A DNA stretch of 64,000 bases from Trueperaceae bacterium (GCA_965214405.1 OZ243956.1:1120001-1184000), one strand, 5' to 3'. Shown: positions 41,790-51,525, numbered from the stretch's first letter. Numbers and translations: made by a program. The notes: generated by a model from the sequence alone, not told the origin.

Positions 41790-42851
41790 TTAAGGTACGT
41801 AGCAGCGCAGCAGCGTCGCCTGTCCCTCCAAGGTGTAGTCGCCAAGACTCGCCGGAAGCACCACGGACGCGCCGCGGCTTAGGGACATCTTTTCGCCGCC
41901 CTTTTCACTTTGGGTAGTAAGCTCGAGCCCGCCCCCAATCACCGTCAAGATGTCGAAACTTTCTGGGTTCGTTCTCTCGTTCTGCCGTCCCGACACCTCC
42001 CAGCGCTCCGCCGCGAAGTGCTCGACGTTGAGCAGTTCCGTTTTTCCCGCCGACAGAGGTTTAGGCGTGACCTTGGCGTGCTCGCCGGGGCTCAAGTCGG
42101 CCACTTCCAGGGCCTTGTCCACATGCAACTCGCGCTTTTCTCCCGACGCGCCCCGGCGGTCATAGTCGTACAGGCGGTAGGTGAGGTCCGAACTCTCCTG
42201 AATCTCGAACAACACAATACCCGCACCGATGCCGTGGACCGTGCCCGCCGGGTTGTAAACCACGTCGCCCGCCTTCACGGGTACGTGGTTGAGGTGAGGT
42301 CCCAGCTTGCCGTCCCGAACCGCCTCACGCAGCGCCGCCTCGTCCAGCGCGTCCTTGAAACCCCAGATGACCTCTGCGCCGGGTTCGGCCTCCAAAATGT
42401 ACCAGGCCTCGCTTTTACCCAAATGCCCACTCTGGGCCTCGTGCTCGCGCGCATAGGCGTCGTCGGGGTGGACCTGGATGGAGAGCTTGTCGGCGGCGTC
42501 GATGAACTTGGCTAACAGCGGCACCGCTAAACCGTAGCGCGCCACGCTCGAGCGCCCCAGCAACGCCGCGCCATACTCTTTTGCAACCTCCTCAAAAGTT
42601 CGCCCCGCCAAATCGCCGTTCTTGATGCGGTTTTTCGCGTAGACCTGCCACGACTCGCCCAGGGGCTCGTCGGCGTCGGGAAGCTGGGCTTCGTCGAGGT
42701 TTAGAAAACTCACCAGGCGGTTCCCGCCCCACAGGCGCGGGCTCAAGAAACGCTCGAGCTCGAGCGGGTAGGCGCCTATCCAGCTTGCTGTGTTCGTCAC
42801 GTTGTTCCCCGTTTCACATGCGTAAACCTTCTTGCGTGAAGCTTCATTCAC
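41790..42851 (-). CDS. manA: Mannose-6-phosphate isomerase, class I
   Basis: WGG, GESW, LSIQVHPDD, GKSEAW, PAGTVH, EIQESSDLTYRLYDYDR. Confidence 0.93.
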   Translation of the reverse strand: MNEASRKKVYACETGNNVTNTASWIGAYPLELERFLSPRLWGGNRLVSFLNLDEAQLPDADEPLGESWQVYAKNRIKNGDLAGRTFEEVAKEYGAALLGRSSVARYGLAVPLLAKFIDAADKLSIQVHPDDAYAREHEAQSGHLGKSEAWYILEAEPGAEVIWGFKDALDEAALREAVRDGKLGPHLNHVPVKAGDVVYNPAGTVHGIGAGIVLFEIQESSDLTYRLYDYDRRGASGEKRELHVDKALEVADLSPGEHAKVTPKPLSAGKTELLNVEHFAAERWEVSGRQNERTNPESFDILTVIGGGLELTTQSEKGGEKMSLSRGASVVLPASLGDYTLEGQATLLRCYVP

Positions 42852-42916
42852 TTTACTACGGTGCGCGCGCCGCGCAAAAGGTTTACGATAAAAGCATCAT
42901 GAGGCTTTGCTAACGC

Positions 42917-43564
42917 ATGTTCGAGACCCTTTCCGCTTTTCTCGACCACGCGGGCGTGTTCGCGCCGCTCCTCTACGTTTCACTCTATCTTGCCACCGCG
43001 CTCCTGCCCTTTATCCCTACGCCCTTGGTGAGCGCGCTGGGCGGCAGCCTGCTGGGCTTTGGGCCTGCGGTCCTTTACGGCGTGGTCGGGCTGAGCTTAG
43101 GCGCGGGATTGGCGCTCGGGTTGTCGCGCTCGCTGGGGCGGCCCGTGCTGATTCGCATCTTTGGCGCGCGCGTCTGGGAGGAGTGGGAAACGCTTCTGGG
43201 CGTGCGGTCGCCCCTGACCTGGGGCGTGATTTTCTTTCTGCTCAACATCGACTTCGCGGTGGTCGCCGCCGGGCTCTCCCCCGTCGCGCTGTGGCGGCTC
43301 TGGCTCGTCGCGGTGGTGGCCCGTTTGCCCTGGCTCGTGGCGAGCGCCTGGTTTGGCGAGAGTTTTTTGGAGTCGAGCCGCCTCCTCCCGCAGGCGCTGC
43401 TGTTTCTCGGCATATTTTTTGTTGCCGTACACCTGCTCAGGCCGCGCCTGCGGCGTTACCTCATCGCCAAACGCGGGGCCGCCGAAGCGCCCGCCCACAT
43501 CCATAGCGACCTCCAGGGGAAGAGCGACCTTCAGAAGGATGTACGGCTCGAGCGGGAGCGGTAA
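42917..43564 (+). CDS. TVP38/DedA (VTT domain) membrane protein
   Basis: Hydrophobic; LPFIPTPLVSALGGSLLG, AAGLS. Confidence 0.82.
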   Translation: MFETLSAFLDHAGVFAPLLYVSLYLATALLPFIPTPLVSALGGSLLGFGPAVLYGVVGLSLGAGLALGLSRSLGRPVLIRIFGARVWEEWETLLGVRSPLTWGVIFFLLNIDFAVVAAGLSPVALWRLWLVAVVARLPWLVASAWFGESFLESSRLLPQALLFLGIFFVAVHLLRPRLRRYLIAKRGAAEAPAHIHSDLQGKSDLQKDVRLERER

Positions 43565-43619
43565 AACTTTGCCAGGGAGCGGGGGAGGTGATGAGAGGCG
43601 GCCTCTCTACCCTAGCTCT

Positions 43620-44390
43620 TTACCGCCCCGGCCTTATCACCAGTTCGGTCAGGTCCGCGCTACGGGGCAGCTCGAGGGCGCTCACCACCGTCTGCGCCAC
43701 GTCGCCGGGCTGAATAAACGCGTCCGGGTTGTAGTCTTGCCCTTCCATCTCGCGCACCCGCTCCTGCATGGGCGAATGCGTGCGGCCCGGATAAATGCTC
43801 AAAACGCGCATCCCGTCCTTCGCAACCTCGTCACGCAGCGAGTCGGCGAGGGCCTTGAGCGCGTGCTTGCTCATCGCGTACTGGCTCCAGGTGCCCTTGG
43901 CGTTTAAGCCCGCGCCCGAGTTGATAAAGACGATTTGGCCCCGCGCGCGTTGCAAGAGCGGCAGGAGCTTTTGCGTGAGCGAGTAGGGCGCGCGCACGTT
44001 GACGCGGTAGTGCCAATCCAAGTTTTCTAAGGGCGCGTCGGCAAGCGGGGCCAGCGAGACGACGCCCGCGCTGTGGATGAGGATGTCTACCGCTCTCACT
44101 TCCTTGGCTAACTGCTCGGCGAGCGCGCCTACATCCTCTTCCCGTTCAAAGTCGGCGGTGTGAACGTCCGCCTCGCCCCCGGCCTCCCTTGCCGCTTGGG
44201 CGGCTTCTTCTAAGCGCATTTCGTCGCGGCCCACGAGGTGCAAAAAAGCGCCCTTCTGGGCTAACTGTAAAGCAACCGCGCGCCCGATGCCGCTGCTTGC
44301 GCCCGTGACGACGGCGGTTTTGGTGCGGAGGGGCTCGAGGGTGTCTAAGTCTTTAGAATCTAAATCGGGAATACCTGGGTTTCTGTCCAT
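43620..44390 (-). CDS. SDR family oxidoreductase
   Basis: TGASSGIG, HSAG, YAMSK, YPG; ATG at 44390 (longer ORF call overlaps the next gene). Confidence 0.92.
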   Translation of the reverse strand: MDRNPGIPDLDSKDLDTLEPLRTKTAVVTGASSGIGRAVALQLAQKGAFLHLVGRDEMRLEEAAQAAREAGGEADVHTADFEREEDVGALAEQLAKEVRAVDILIHSAGVVSLAPLADAPLENLDWHYRVNVRAPYSLTQKLLPLLQRARGQIVFINSGAGLNAKGTWSQYAMSKHALKALADSLRDEVAKDGMRVLSIYPGRTHSPMQERVREMEGQDYNPDAFIQPGDVAQTVVSALELPRSADLTELVIRPGR

Positions 44391-44398
44391 ACCCCAGT

Positions 44399-45211
44399 CT
44401 ACTGGTTCTCGCTTTCGGCCACATCCATCACCCTGATATCCAGCACCGCCAACCCCGACACCCTGGCCCGCACCTCCTCGACAAAGCGCACCACCTCCGC
44501 GAACTTCTCCCCCTCGCCGGTCTGCATTCCGCCCTCGTACCACCAGGCCAGCGCCCAGTCGATGAGCGCCGACCACTGAGGCAGCAGCGGCTTTACAGAA
44601 CGTGCCGCGCGCTTTTTCGAAACCTGTGCGCCGTGCACGGACGTGTAGAGCGCGCGGCAGAGCGTCAGGACGGCGTAGGCTTGCTCGCGGGGAGGGTGCA
44701 TGTCGTTGACCCATTCTCCCCACGCATTCGCGTGCTCACGGACGCCCTCGAGAAATTCCGCCTGCGAAATCTCCGGCATCACCTCCTGCGGCGGCGGGCC
44801 GAACAGCGCGACGCCCCCTTGCCGCGCCATGTGCCAGTTCAAAAGGTAATGCCGGTTCGCCTCAAGCACATGCAGCGGCTCGCCCGGACTGATGCGCGCC
44901 ATGCGGCGGGGTTGGGTTCTAAAGCTCGTCAACGCTAGGGTGGACACATAATCAACCTCGATGCGGTCGTTCCAGGTGGGATAGTCCTCAACTAAACGCG
45001 TGTGCAGCTCGAGCAGCCTCGCAAGGTCTTCTTCAGTCACATCCTCAGAGAGAACCGCCAGAAGGTCGATGTCACTGCGGTCACGGTCAAAGTCACCCGT
45101 GACCAAAGAGCCGTGGAGGTAGAGCCCAAGAAGGGTTTGAAGCGTGTTTTGAATGTCGCTCGTTAAGCGGGTTAGGAGGCGCTCGAGTTCGGCGTCGGGT
45201 GCGCTGTACAT
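44399..45211 (-). CDS. Aminoglycoside adenylyltransferase-like nucleotidyltransferase (DUF4111)
   Basis: LYLHGSLVTGDF...SDIDLL, LFGPPP, YAVLTLCRALY, SKKRAA. Confidence 0.85.
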   Translation of the reverse strand: MYSAPDAELERLLTRLTSDIQNTLQTLLGLYLHGSLVTGDFDRDRSDIDLLAVLSEDVTEEDLARLLELHTRLVEDYPTWNDRIEVDYVSTLALTSFRTQPRRMARISPGEPLHVLEANRHYLLNWHMARQGGVALFGPPPQEVMPEISQAEFLEGVREHANAWGEWVNDMHPPREQAYAVLTLCRALYTSVHGAQVSKKRAARSVKPLLPQWSALIDWALAWWYEGGMQTGEGEKFAEVVRFVEEVRARVSGLAVLDIRVMDVAESENQ

Positions 45212-45303
45212 GCCCAAAGTCTACAAGGTGTTTTGTGGGAAGGGCTCGAGCCTGAACAGGGCTAATTCTTCGAGTCTTCTTAAAATTACTCCTAATTCCT
45301 TCG

Positions 45304-45332
45304 TTGACATTCCGAATTTTTTCGTCTATACT
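45304..45332 (+). promoter_or_regulatory. Promoter and candidate BlaI operator
   Basis: TTGACA-N17-TATACT; spacer holds CGAA...TTCG; a similar copy TCCTAATTCCTTCGT lies just upstream. Confidence 0.75.
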
Positions 45333-45364
45333 CCAGACACGTAAGGAATGAGAAAGGAGAGGCG

Positions 45365-45760
45365 ATGGCGAGACCCAAAAGCAGCGGCCCCACCGACCGT
45401 GAACTAAGCATCCTGCGCGCGCTGTGGGAGGGCGCGGGCACCGTCCGCGACGTTCATGAGACGTTGCAAAAGCAGGGCGTCAAGGTCGGGTACACGAGCG
45501 TACAAAAAATCATGCAAATCATGTTCGATAAGGGCCTGGTTCTCCGCGACGAGCGCCGCGGCACCCACGTATACGAGGCGGCCGAGGCGCAGCGCGACAC
45601 GCAGGAGAGCATGACCAAAGACTTTATGGACAAGGTCTTCGGCGGCTCGGCGAGTCGTCTGGTCGCGCGCGCCTTGAGCGTCACGCCTGCGGGGCCGGAG
45701 GAACTAGATGAGATAGAAGCGCTGCTGGTGAAACTAAGGAGGGGGCAAGATGACGCCTGA
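45365..45760 (+). CDS. BlaI/MecI/CopY family repressor
   Basis: PTDRELSILRALW, TVRDVH, GYTSVQKIMQIMFDKGLV, VFGGSASRLV. Confidence 0.95.
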   Translation: MARPKSSGPTDRELSILRALWEGAGTVRDVHETLQKQGVKVGYTSVQKIMQIMFDKGLVLRDERRGTHVYEAAEAQRDTQESMTKDFMDKVFGGSASRLVARALSVTPAGPEELDEIEALLVKLRRGQDDA

Positions 45761-47738
45761 CCTGCTCGTGACGAACCTTTTGGGTAACGCGCTCCTCGGC
45801 ACGGTGGGTGTGACCCTGCTGCATTTCGTGTGGCAGGGCGCGCTGCTCGCGCTGGGGCTGGCGCTCTCTCTGCGTATGCTTCGCCCGGAGCGCGCCGAAC
45901 TGCGCTACGCGCTCGCTTGTGGAGTTTTGCTTTTGATGGTCGCGGCCCCGCTGGCGACCTTTGGCGGGTTGTATGGGGGCTCGAGCCCCGTCACCAGTCC
46001 TACTATGCTCGAGCCCCCAATCCGTGTAGTCGAGCCGGTAGACAAAGCGCGAAATGAAGAGGCTTTGACGCCAGCTCCCGTTCCTGCTCAACAGGTCGCC
46101 CCAGCCACTTTGGTGGCTGAGACCCCGCGTCCGCTGGAATCTTTTTACTCCCTCTACGCGTCGCTTAACATCGGGCGCTTCGCCCCTTACCTGACGCTTC
46201 TGTGGGGCCTCGGCGTCCTGCTCCTCACCCTGCGGCTCTTAGGCGGCGTATGGGTGAGCGCCCGGCTGGGGCGCAGGGGGCAACTCGCCCCGGCGCGGTA
46301 TCAGCAGCGGCTGCTCGAGCTCTCCCGACACTTAGGTATCAAAGCGTCTGTGCGCCTATTAGAGAGCCGCGCCGTCGCGGTGCCGGTGGTGGCGGGCTGG
46401 CTCAAGCCCGTGATTCTGCTACCCTCGAGCGCACTAAGCGGCCTTACGCCCTTGCAGCTCGAGATGATTCTGGCGCACGAACTGGCGCACGTCCGCAGGC
46501 GCGACCCGCTGGTGAACGCCTTACAGCACCTCGTCGAGACGGCGCTCTTTTACCACCCGGCGGTGTGGTGGGTGTCGCACGTGATGCGTCAAGAGCGCGA
46601 GAGTTGCTGTGACGATGTTGCGACGCGGTTGTGCGGCGACCCGCTGGCCTATGCTGAGACGTTGGCGAGGCTCGAGCGCCTGCGCAGCCCCGGCCCGCTG
46701 GTGCTGGCAGGGAGTGGCGGGAGGCTGAAAAACCGCATCGAGCGACTTGTGGGGGTGCAGGGAAAACCGTCAGGCTCACCGCTGGTCACGTTTGGCCTTG
46801 CGGTTGGCTTGGTCTGTTTTTTGGGTGTCGCGGGAGTCATGGCGCAAAGCGGCAGGATGACGCCTAACGCTTCACACGTCGCCTCACCCACGCTTCCCGA
46901 GCGGAGCCTGTGGGTGGACATTTTGGGAGACGTGAGCTTTACCGACGACTATAAGTACATTGCAGACGTGGGTGAGGATGGGCTGTTTGTGCTCGAGGAG
47001 CGCCGCAACGGGCAGCCGTACCGCCTGCTGGTTGTTACGGGCAACGGAGACGGCACACCCGGCTACACGTACGTTAAAGAAGGAACCTTTGAACTGGAGC
47101 GGGGTACCTCTACCTTTGACAGTTTTACAGTCGAGGGAAGTGTAGTGTCTACCATGTTAGGCCCCTCCCGCCTTGCCATAAGCCATCCCGAAATTGCGCA
47201 ATGGTTGGAGGATGCGCTCGAGCAAACCGTATCTCGTCAAGCCGAGAGGTCAGCCCAAACAGCACCGGGGGAAGAACCGCTGGCGTCACTCGCATCAGCC
47301 ACCGGATTTTTGGCCGGAGGGGATGGTTACTACTCGCTTTTCAAAGAGATTTCACCAGGTTTGAACGGTTCCTTGATGCCTCTGTCACAAATGTGGGGAA
47401 CCGAAACGCCTACCGACGTTTCCGGAGTCGTTACCTTCGGGCTCTGGCGCGCGCTGCACTACCTTACCCAAAACCTCACAACTGATGAGAACGTCGTGAC
47501 CTTCATCCGCGATATTACCGAGAATTACGCGGGCGACTTAACAGAGGCTGAGAACGCCCTCATGCTCAAGGTGGCGGCGGAGTTCAGAACCGAATCAGCC
47601 AAGGCTGACGCGATCTTCGCCATCGCGGGCGTGCTGCCAGAGGACGCAGGATTAAGAGCCGAGTACCGGCGCGTTGCGCTGACCCTCGAGGACGAGGCGC
47701 TACAACGCGAAGCCCTGGACGCGTTTGTAAGCCCATAG
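45750..47738 (+). CDS. M56 (BlaR1-type) metallopeptidase with extracytoplasmic domain of unknown function
   Basis: LHFVWQG, KPVILLP, HELAHVRRRD, FYHPAVWW, ERESCCD, RIERL, then a TM helix. Confidence 0.93.
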   Translation: MTPDLLVTNLLGNALLGTVGVTLLHFVWQGALLALGLALSLRMLRPERAELRYALACGVLLLMVAAPLATFGGLYGGSSPVTSPTMLEPPIRVVEPVDKARNEEALTPAPVPAQQVAPATLVAETPRPLESFYSLYASLNIGRFAPYLTLLWGLGVLLLTLRLLGGVWVSARLGRRGQLAPARYQQRLLELSRHLGIKASVRLLESRAVAVPVVAGWLKPVILLPSSALSGLTPLQLEMILAHELAHVRRRDPLVNALQHLVETALFYHPAVWWVSHVMRQERESCCDDVATRLCGDPLAYAETLARLERLRSPGPLVLAGSGGRLKNRIERLVGVQGKPSGSPLVTFGLAVGLVCFLGVAGVMAQSGRMTPNASHVASPTLPERSLWVDILGDVSFTDDYKYIADVGEDGLFVLEERRNGQPYRLLVVTGNGDGTPGYTYVKEGTFELERGTSTFDSFTVEGSVVSTMLGPSRLAISHPEIAQWLEDALEQTVSRQAERSAQTAPGEEPLASLASATGFLAGGDGYYSLFKEISPGLNGSLMPLSQMWGTETPTDVSGVVTFGLWRALHYLTQNLTTDENVVTFIRDITENYAGDLTEAENALMLKVAAEFRTESAKADAIFAIAGVLPEDAGLRAEYRRVALTLEDEALQREALDAFVSP

Positions 47739-48353
47739 GGTTCAACGGGGCTCGAGGTGGTCCTCGACGCTGGTCACGGCGGGGCATTGGGCGGGGCCAG
47801 CGGCTACGCCGACGAAGACGAGGTGGTCCTCGCGGTCGCAGAGAAGGTCGCGTCACGCCTTGCCACCGCAGGCGTCAGGGTTGTCATGACCCGAGAATCG
47901 GATACCGCGCTCAGCAAGACCTTTACGGAAGACTTAGACGCGAGGCTGGCCCGCATCACCCCCGACACCGACGCCTTCATCTCTTTACACGCCAACGCCT
48001 CAGACAACTCCCTGACCACAGGAATTGAAACCTTTGTGGCGAGCGATTTTGAGACGGAAGGGCTTGAGGCGGCGACGCTTGCATTGGCTGAGGGTGTTCA
48101 GGCCGAATTGGCAGGGGCCGACGCGCCCGATAAGGGTGTGAACAGAAGCCCGTATTATCTTCTGGAAAGAGCGAGCGTCCCCGCGGTTATTGTGGAACTC
48201 GGTTACGTGACCAATCCCGAGGAGGGCGCTAGGCTGACCACTGAAACGTATCAAGACACGCTGGCTGAGGCGATAAGCCGGGCGGTGCTGACGTTTTTGC
48301 AGACTGACCCGCAACCAGGCGCGCAGAGCGGGGGGGGGTCAACCGCTTTATGA
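47739..48353 (+). CDS. N-acetylmuramoyl-L-alanine amidase (Amidase_3) domain, in frame with upstream M56 gene
   Basis: VVLDAGHGG, conserved E, ISLHAN, PAVIVELGYVTN; no clear RBS or signal peptide. Confidence 0.88.
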   Translation, partial: GSTGLEVVLDAGHGGALGGASGYADEDEVVLAVAEKVASRLATAGVRVVMTRESDTALSKTFTEDLDARLARITPDTDAFISLHANASDNSLTTGIETFVASDFETEGLEAATLALAEGVQAELAGADAPDKGVNRSPYYLLERASVPAVIVELGYVTNPEEGARLTTETYQDTLAEAISRAVLTFLQTDPQPGAQSGGGSTAL

Positions 48354-48523
48354 CGAGGCTCGAGCCTACTGCACCGGCGAAAAGTTTTCTGAGCGCGCGC
48401 TGTCCAGTCCCCTTTTCACAATGTTGACAGCGCGCCCCGACGCCGATACGGAGTTTTTTATCGAGCCCGACTCTGAGCAGTTGGTCCAGAGGTGCGTCGA
48501 AAACTTCCTGACAAGTCCTGACT

Positions 48524-49318
48524 TTAGGGAACGGCTCGAGAATCCGCAACTAAGGGAAGGGGACTTTCTACTGGGTCAGTGACCGCAGAAGCCTCAACCC
48601 TCGCTACGAATTCTCCCACCACGTGGGAAAAGGTTTCGGGCTGCTCTAGATTCCACACGTGACCTGCGCCGGGAACGATGCGCAACTCCGCGTGCGGTAG
48701 CCCCGCGGCGATGGCTCGAGCCGCACTCACGTTGGGCCGGTCTTTGCTACCGCACAAAACGAGCGTGAGCGGGGTGATGGTGGGCAGCAGGGGGCGCAGG
48801 TCGCTCTTGCCCGCGTCGCGCATGACGCGCAACAGGCCGCGTTTGCCGAGGTGCGCCAAGGTTTCACGCTGGGCCTGTTGAAGCGTGGGGCTCAGGGTGG
48901 GTGAGGGGTCCTGAAGGAGCAGGCGCTGGGGCAAGAGGCGGAGCACGGTTTCTTGAGCCATCATGACGAGGCGGGGCGGGTGGACCTGCGCGCCCGAAAG
49001 GATGAGGCTGCGCACGCTGCCGGGCGCGTCGTGAGCGAGGTGCAGCGCCACCATGCCGCCCAACGAGAGGCCACACACGTGCGCCGGGGCCGCCCCCACC
49101 TCGTCCAGCCAGCGCGCCACCTCCCCCGCAGCTTCTCTGAGAGGTAAGGGGTCGCCCGGCACGCGGCTCGAGAACCCCGGCAGGTCGGGCGTGAGCACCC
49201 GGTAGTCGTGGGCGAAGTGCTCGAGCTGGGTCGCCCACATGCGGTGGTCAAAGCCCATCCCGTGAAGAAACACGAGACTGGGGGCGGTTGGGGAACCCTT
49301 TTCGGCAAAATGCAACAC
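48524..49318 (-). CDS. Alpha/beta hydrolase
   Basis: FLHGMG, DLPG, GLSLGG, GSKD, AGHVWN. Confidence 0.9.
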   Translation of the reverse strand: MLHFAEKGSPTAPSLVFLHGMGFDHRMWATQLEHFAHDYRVLTPDLPGFSSRVPGDPLPLREAAGEVARWLDEVGAAPAHVCGLSLGGMVALHLAHDAPGSVRSLILSGAQVHPPRLVMMAQETVLRLLPQRLLLQDPSPTLSPTLQQAQRETLAHLGKRGLLRVMRDAGKSDLRPLLPTITPLTLVLCGSKDRPNVSAARAIAAGLPHAELRIVPGAGHVWNLEQPETFSHVVGEFVARVEASAVTDPVESPLPLVADSRAVP

Positions 49319-49380
49319 GCTTAGAGCTTACGCGTTTGTGGCGTGAGAACGCTCGGCAGCGTCGGGTACACCCGATTTTC

Positions 49381-50391
49381 TTAAAGCGTGCGGTAGGAAC
49401 TCCCCAACACCGCCCCCACAAACGCCTCCGGCGCTTCGCTGTAGGGCGCGTGGCCCACGCCCGGCAGGAGGAAGAGTTCGCTCTCCGGGAGGCGCGCGTG
49501 CGCTTTGACACCATCTTGCGGCGACACGAGCGTGTCGTCCGCGCCCCAAAGAAGCGTCGTGGGCACGCGCAGCCGGTCGAACTCACCCAGCAGCGGCCTC
49601 TTCCAAGTTTTCAGGCCGATAAGCTCCGCAAACGCGAACTCACCCGAGCCCGGCGCGGCGGAGAGCTGGTAGTAGTAGTCGGTCAGCACGTTTTTGGGAT
49701 AGTGGGCGATGGCCGCGTCGTCGCGGGTCCGCGCGCGAACCAAGGCGGGGCCCAGGGGTCCGGCGAGGCGGACCACGCGCTGCGGCGGCAGGTTGTAAAG
49801 GACGCCGTTGCGCAGGGCCACCGGGCGCGTGAGACCGGCGGTGGACACGAGGATGAGGTGGGTGAGGTACTGAGGGTAGGAAAGCGCGTAGCTCGCCGCC
49901 ACAAAGCCGCCCATCGAGTGACCGAGGAGGGTAAAGCGTCTTAGCCCCACCGCCCGCCGCCACGCCTCCAACGACGCCACCCAACACGCCTGCGCCGCCG
50001 CCGGGCTTTTGCCCCAGAAGGAAGGGCGGCTCGAGCGCCCCCACCCGAGCAGATCGAGCGCGTAAACGCGGTAGGCCGTCGCCAACGCGTCAAAGGTTCC
50101 GGCAAACACGCCCAGCCCGCCGCCGTGACCGTGCAGCATGACCAGGGGCGGTTTGGCGGGGTCACCCAAGACAACCGTGTGAAGCGTGTGCCCGCCCGCA
50201 CGGACGAAGCGGTGTTCAAGGGGCGTTTTAACGCGCTCCAGCACGCGCGCCTCCGCCGCCTCGAGCGCCGCGCTCGAGGCGGGCGAGGGTAAAAAGGGCA
50301 GGGCGAGCGGGAGGGCTGCGCCGACCGCCAAGCCAGCTTTGACAAGCGGGCGCTCTACACTTTGGGAATGTTTCACCTTCGGACGTTTCAT
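49381..50391 (-). CDS. Alpha/beta hydrolase resembling ABHD4/5 lipid-remodelling enzymes
   Basis: LHGHGGG, DLLGWGRSSRP, GHSMGG, SGEFAF, WGADD, GHAPYSE; N-terminal hydrophobic stretch. Confidence 0.88.
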   Translation of the reverse strand: MKRPKVKHSQSVERPLVKAGLAVGAALPLALPFLPSPASSAALEAAEARVLERVKTPLEHRFVRAGGHTLHTVVLGDPAKPPLVMLHGHGGGLGVFAGTFDALATAYRVYALDLLGWGRSSRPSFWGKSPAAAQACWVASLEAWRRAVGLRRFTLLGHSMGGFVAASYALSYPQYLTHLILVSTAGLTRPVALRNGVLYNLPPQRVVRLAGPLGPALVRARTRDDAAIAHYPKNVLTDYYYQLSAAPGSGEFAFAELIGLKTWKRPLLGEFDRLRVPTTLLWGADDTLVSPQDGVKAHARLPESELFLLPGVGHAPYSEAPEAFVGAVLGSSYRTL

Positions 50392-50450
50392 TAGAAACTT
50401 ACCTCTTTTTTTGAACATTTTATCTTTGTTAAACGCCCTCGAGCACACCC

Positions 50451-51263
50451 TCAAAACGCGCGAATCCGCCTGATGGCCCCTTCAAGGTCGCCACTCCCCG
50501 CCAGGCTACTGCCGATGAGCACGGCGTCGGCGAGCCCCACCAGCGCCGCCAGTTCGTCCGGCTTCTTGTAACCCGATTCGGCCACGAGCAAGCCGTCAAA
50601 CCCGGCCTCGCGTGCCTGTTGGATGAGTTTGGGCGCGTTGAGGAGGTTAATCTCGAGCGTCCGCAAATCACGGTTATTCACCCCGATAATGTCCGCCCCA
50701 CTCTCCAACGCCACCGTCAACTCCCGTTCATCATGGACTTCGACAAGCGCGTCTAAGCCGAGCGACCGTGTGAGTTCTAAATATGCTTTCGTGTTGCCAC
50801 CCAACACCGCCACGATGAGGAGCACCGCGCTCGCCCCGGCTTCAAAGGCTTCGAAAACTTGTAAGGGGTGGACGGTAAAGTCTTTACGCAACGTCGGCAG
50901 GTTGACGGCGCGACCTACCGCCGCTAAATGTGCTAAGTCGCCGCCGAAGTGGCGGGGTTCGGTAAGGATGCTTAGCGCTTGCGCGCCGCCCCTTGCATAA
51001 GCCTGCGCCGCGGCCACGGGCTCGAGCGCGGCAATCGCGCCTTGTGAGGGGCTCGAGCGTTTTACCTCGGCAATAATACTTAGACCTTCACGGCGCAACG
51101 CCTCGGCAAAATCCGGTCTTTCCTCCCACACGAGCGCGTCGGCGGGCGTGCCCAAGTCCGCATAATCGGCCAGACGTTCGCGCGCGATTCGGCCCAGCAC
51201 ACCCGGCACGTCAGCAAGGTCTTTTTCCGTAAGCGGCAGGGCTTCAGTAGGTGTAAAAGCCAC
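50451..51263 (-). CDS. trpC: Indole-3-glycerol phosphate synthase
   Basis: [33 protein letters not shown]. Confidence 0.96.
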   Translation of the reverse strand: MAFTPTEALPLTEKDLADVPGVLGRIARERLADYADLGTPADALVWEERPDFAEALRREGLSIIAEVKRSSPSQGAIAALEPVAAAQAYARGGAQALSILTEPRHFGGDLAHLAAVGRAVNLPTLRKDFTVHPLQVFEAFEAGASAVLLIVAVLGGNTKAYLELTRSLGLDALVEVHDERELTVALESGADIIGVNNRDLRTLEINLLNAPKLIQQAREAGFDGLLVAESGYKKPDELAALVGLADAVLIGSSLAGSGDLEGAIRRIRAF

Positions 51264-51525
51264 GAAGCGCGCTCGCCTCTCCCCAGGTCTCGGTGACCGC
51301 GCCCACCTCAGCGTGGGCGGGGCCGCGTTTGAGGAGGTGCAAAAAGTGCTCTAGGTCGGCGCGCTCGCCCTCGGCCACGATCTCGACGCGGCCGTCGCCC
51401 AAGTTTTCGGCGTAGCCCTGGAGCCCCAAATCTTGCGCCTGGCGTTGCGCAAACGCGCGGTAGCCCACGCCCTGCACCTCGCCCGAGACGAGCACGGTCA
51501 TACGAACAACAGTATCGGCGGTCAC
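51244..51525 (-). CDS. acyP: Acylphosphatase
   Basis: [30 protein letters not shown]. Confidence 0.93.
   Translation of the reverse strand: MTADTVVRMTVLVSGEVQGVGYRAFAQRQAQDLGLQGYAENLGDGRVEIVAEGERADLEHFLHLLKRGPAHAEVGAVTETWGEASALRGFYTY

Noticed and set aside
44391..44723. N-terminal extension of the SDR ORF
   Set aside because: It overlaps the nucleotidyltransferase gene in another frame; the SDR domain begins after ATG 44390.
44399..45211. Acquired aminoglycoside resistance cassette
   Set aside because: No integron or transposon context; similarity is family-level only and the substrate is unknown.
47736..47738. TAG reassignment or pyrrolysine as the explanation for the in-frame stop
   Set aside because: TAG ends other ordinary genes here (for example the helicase at 5818) and no pyl genes are in the window.
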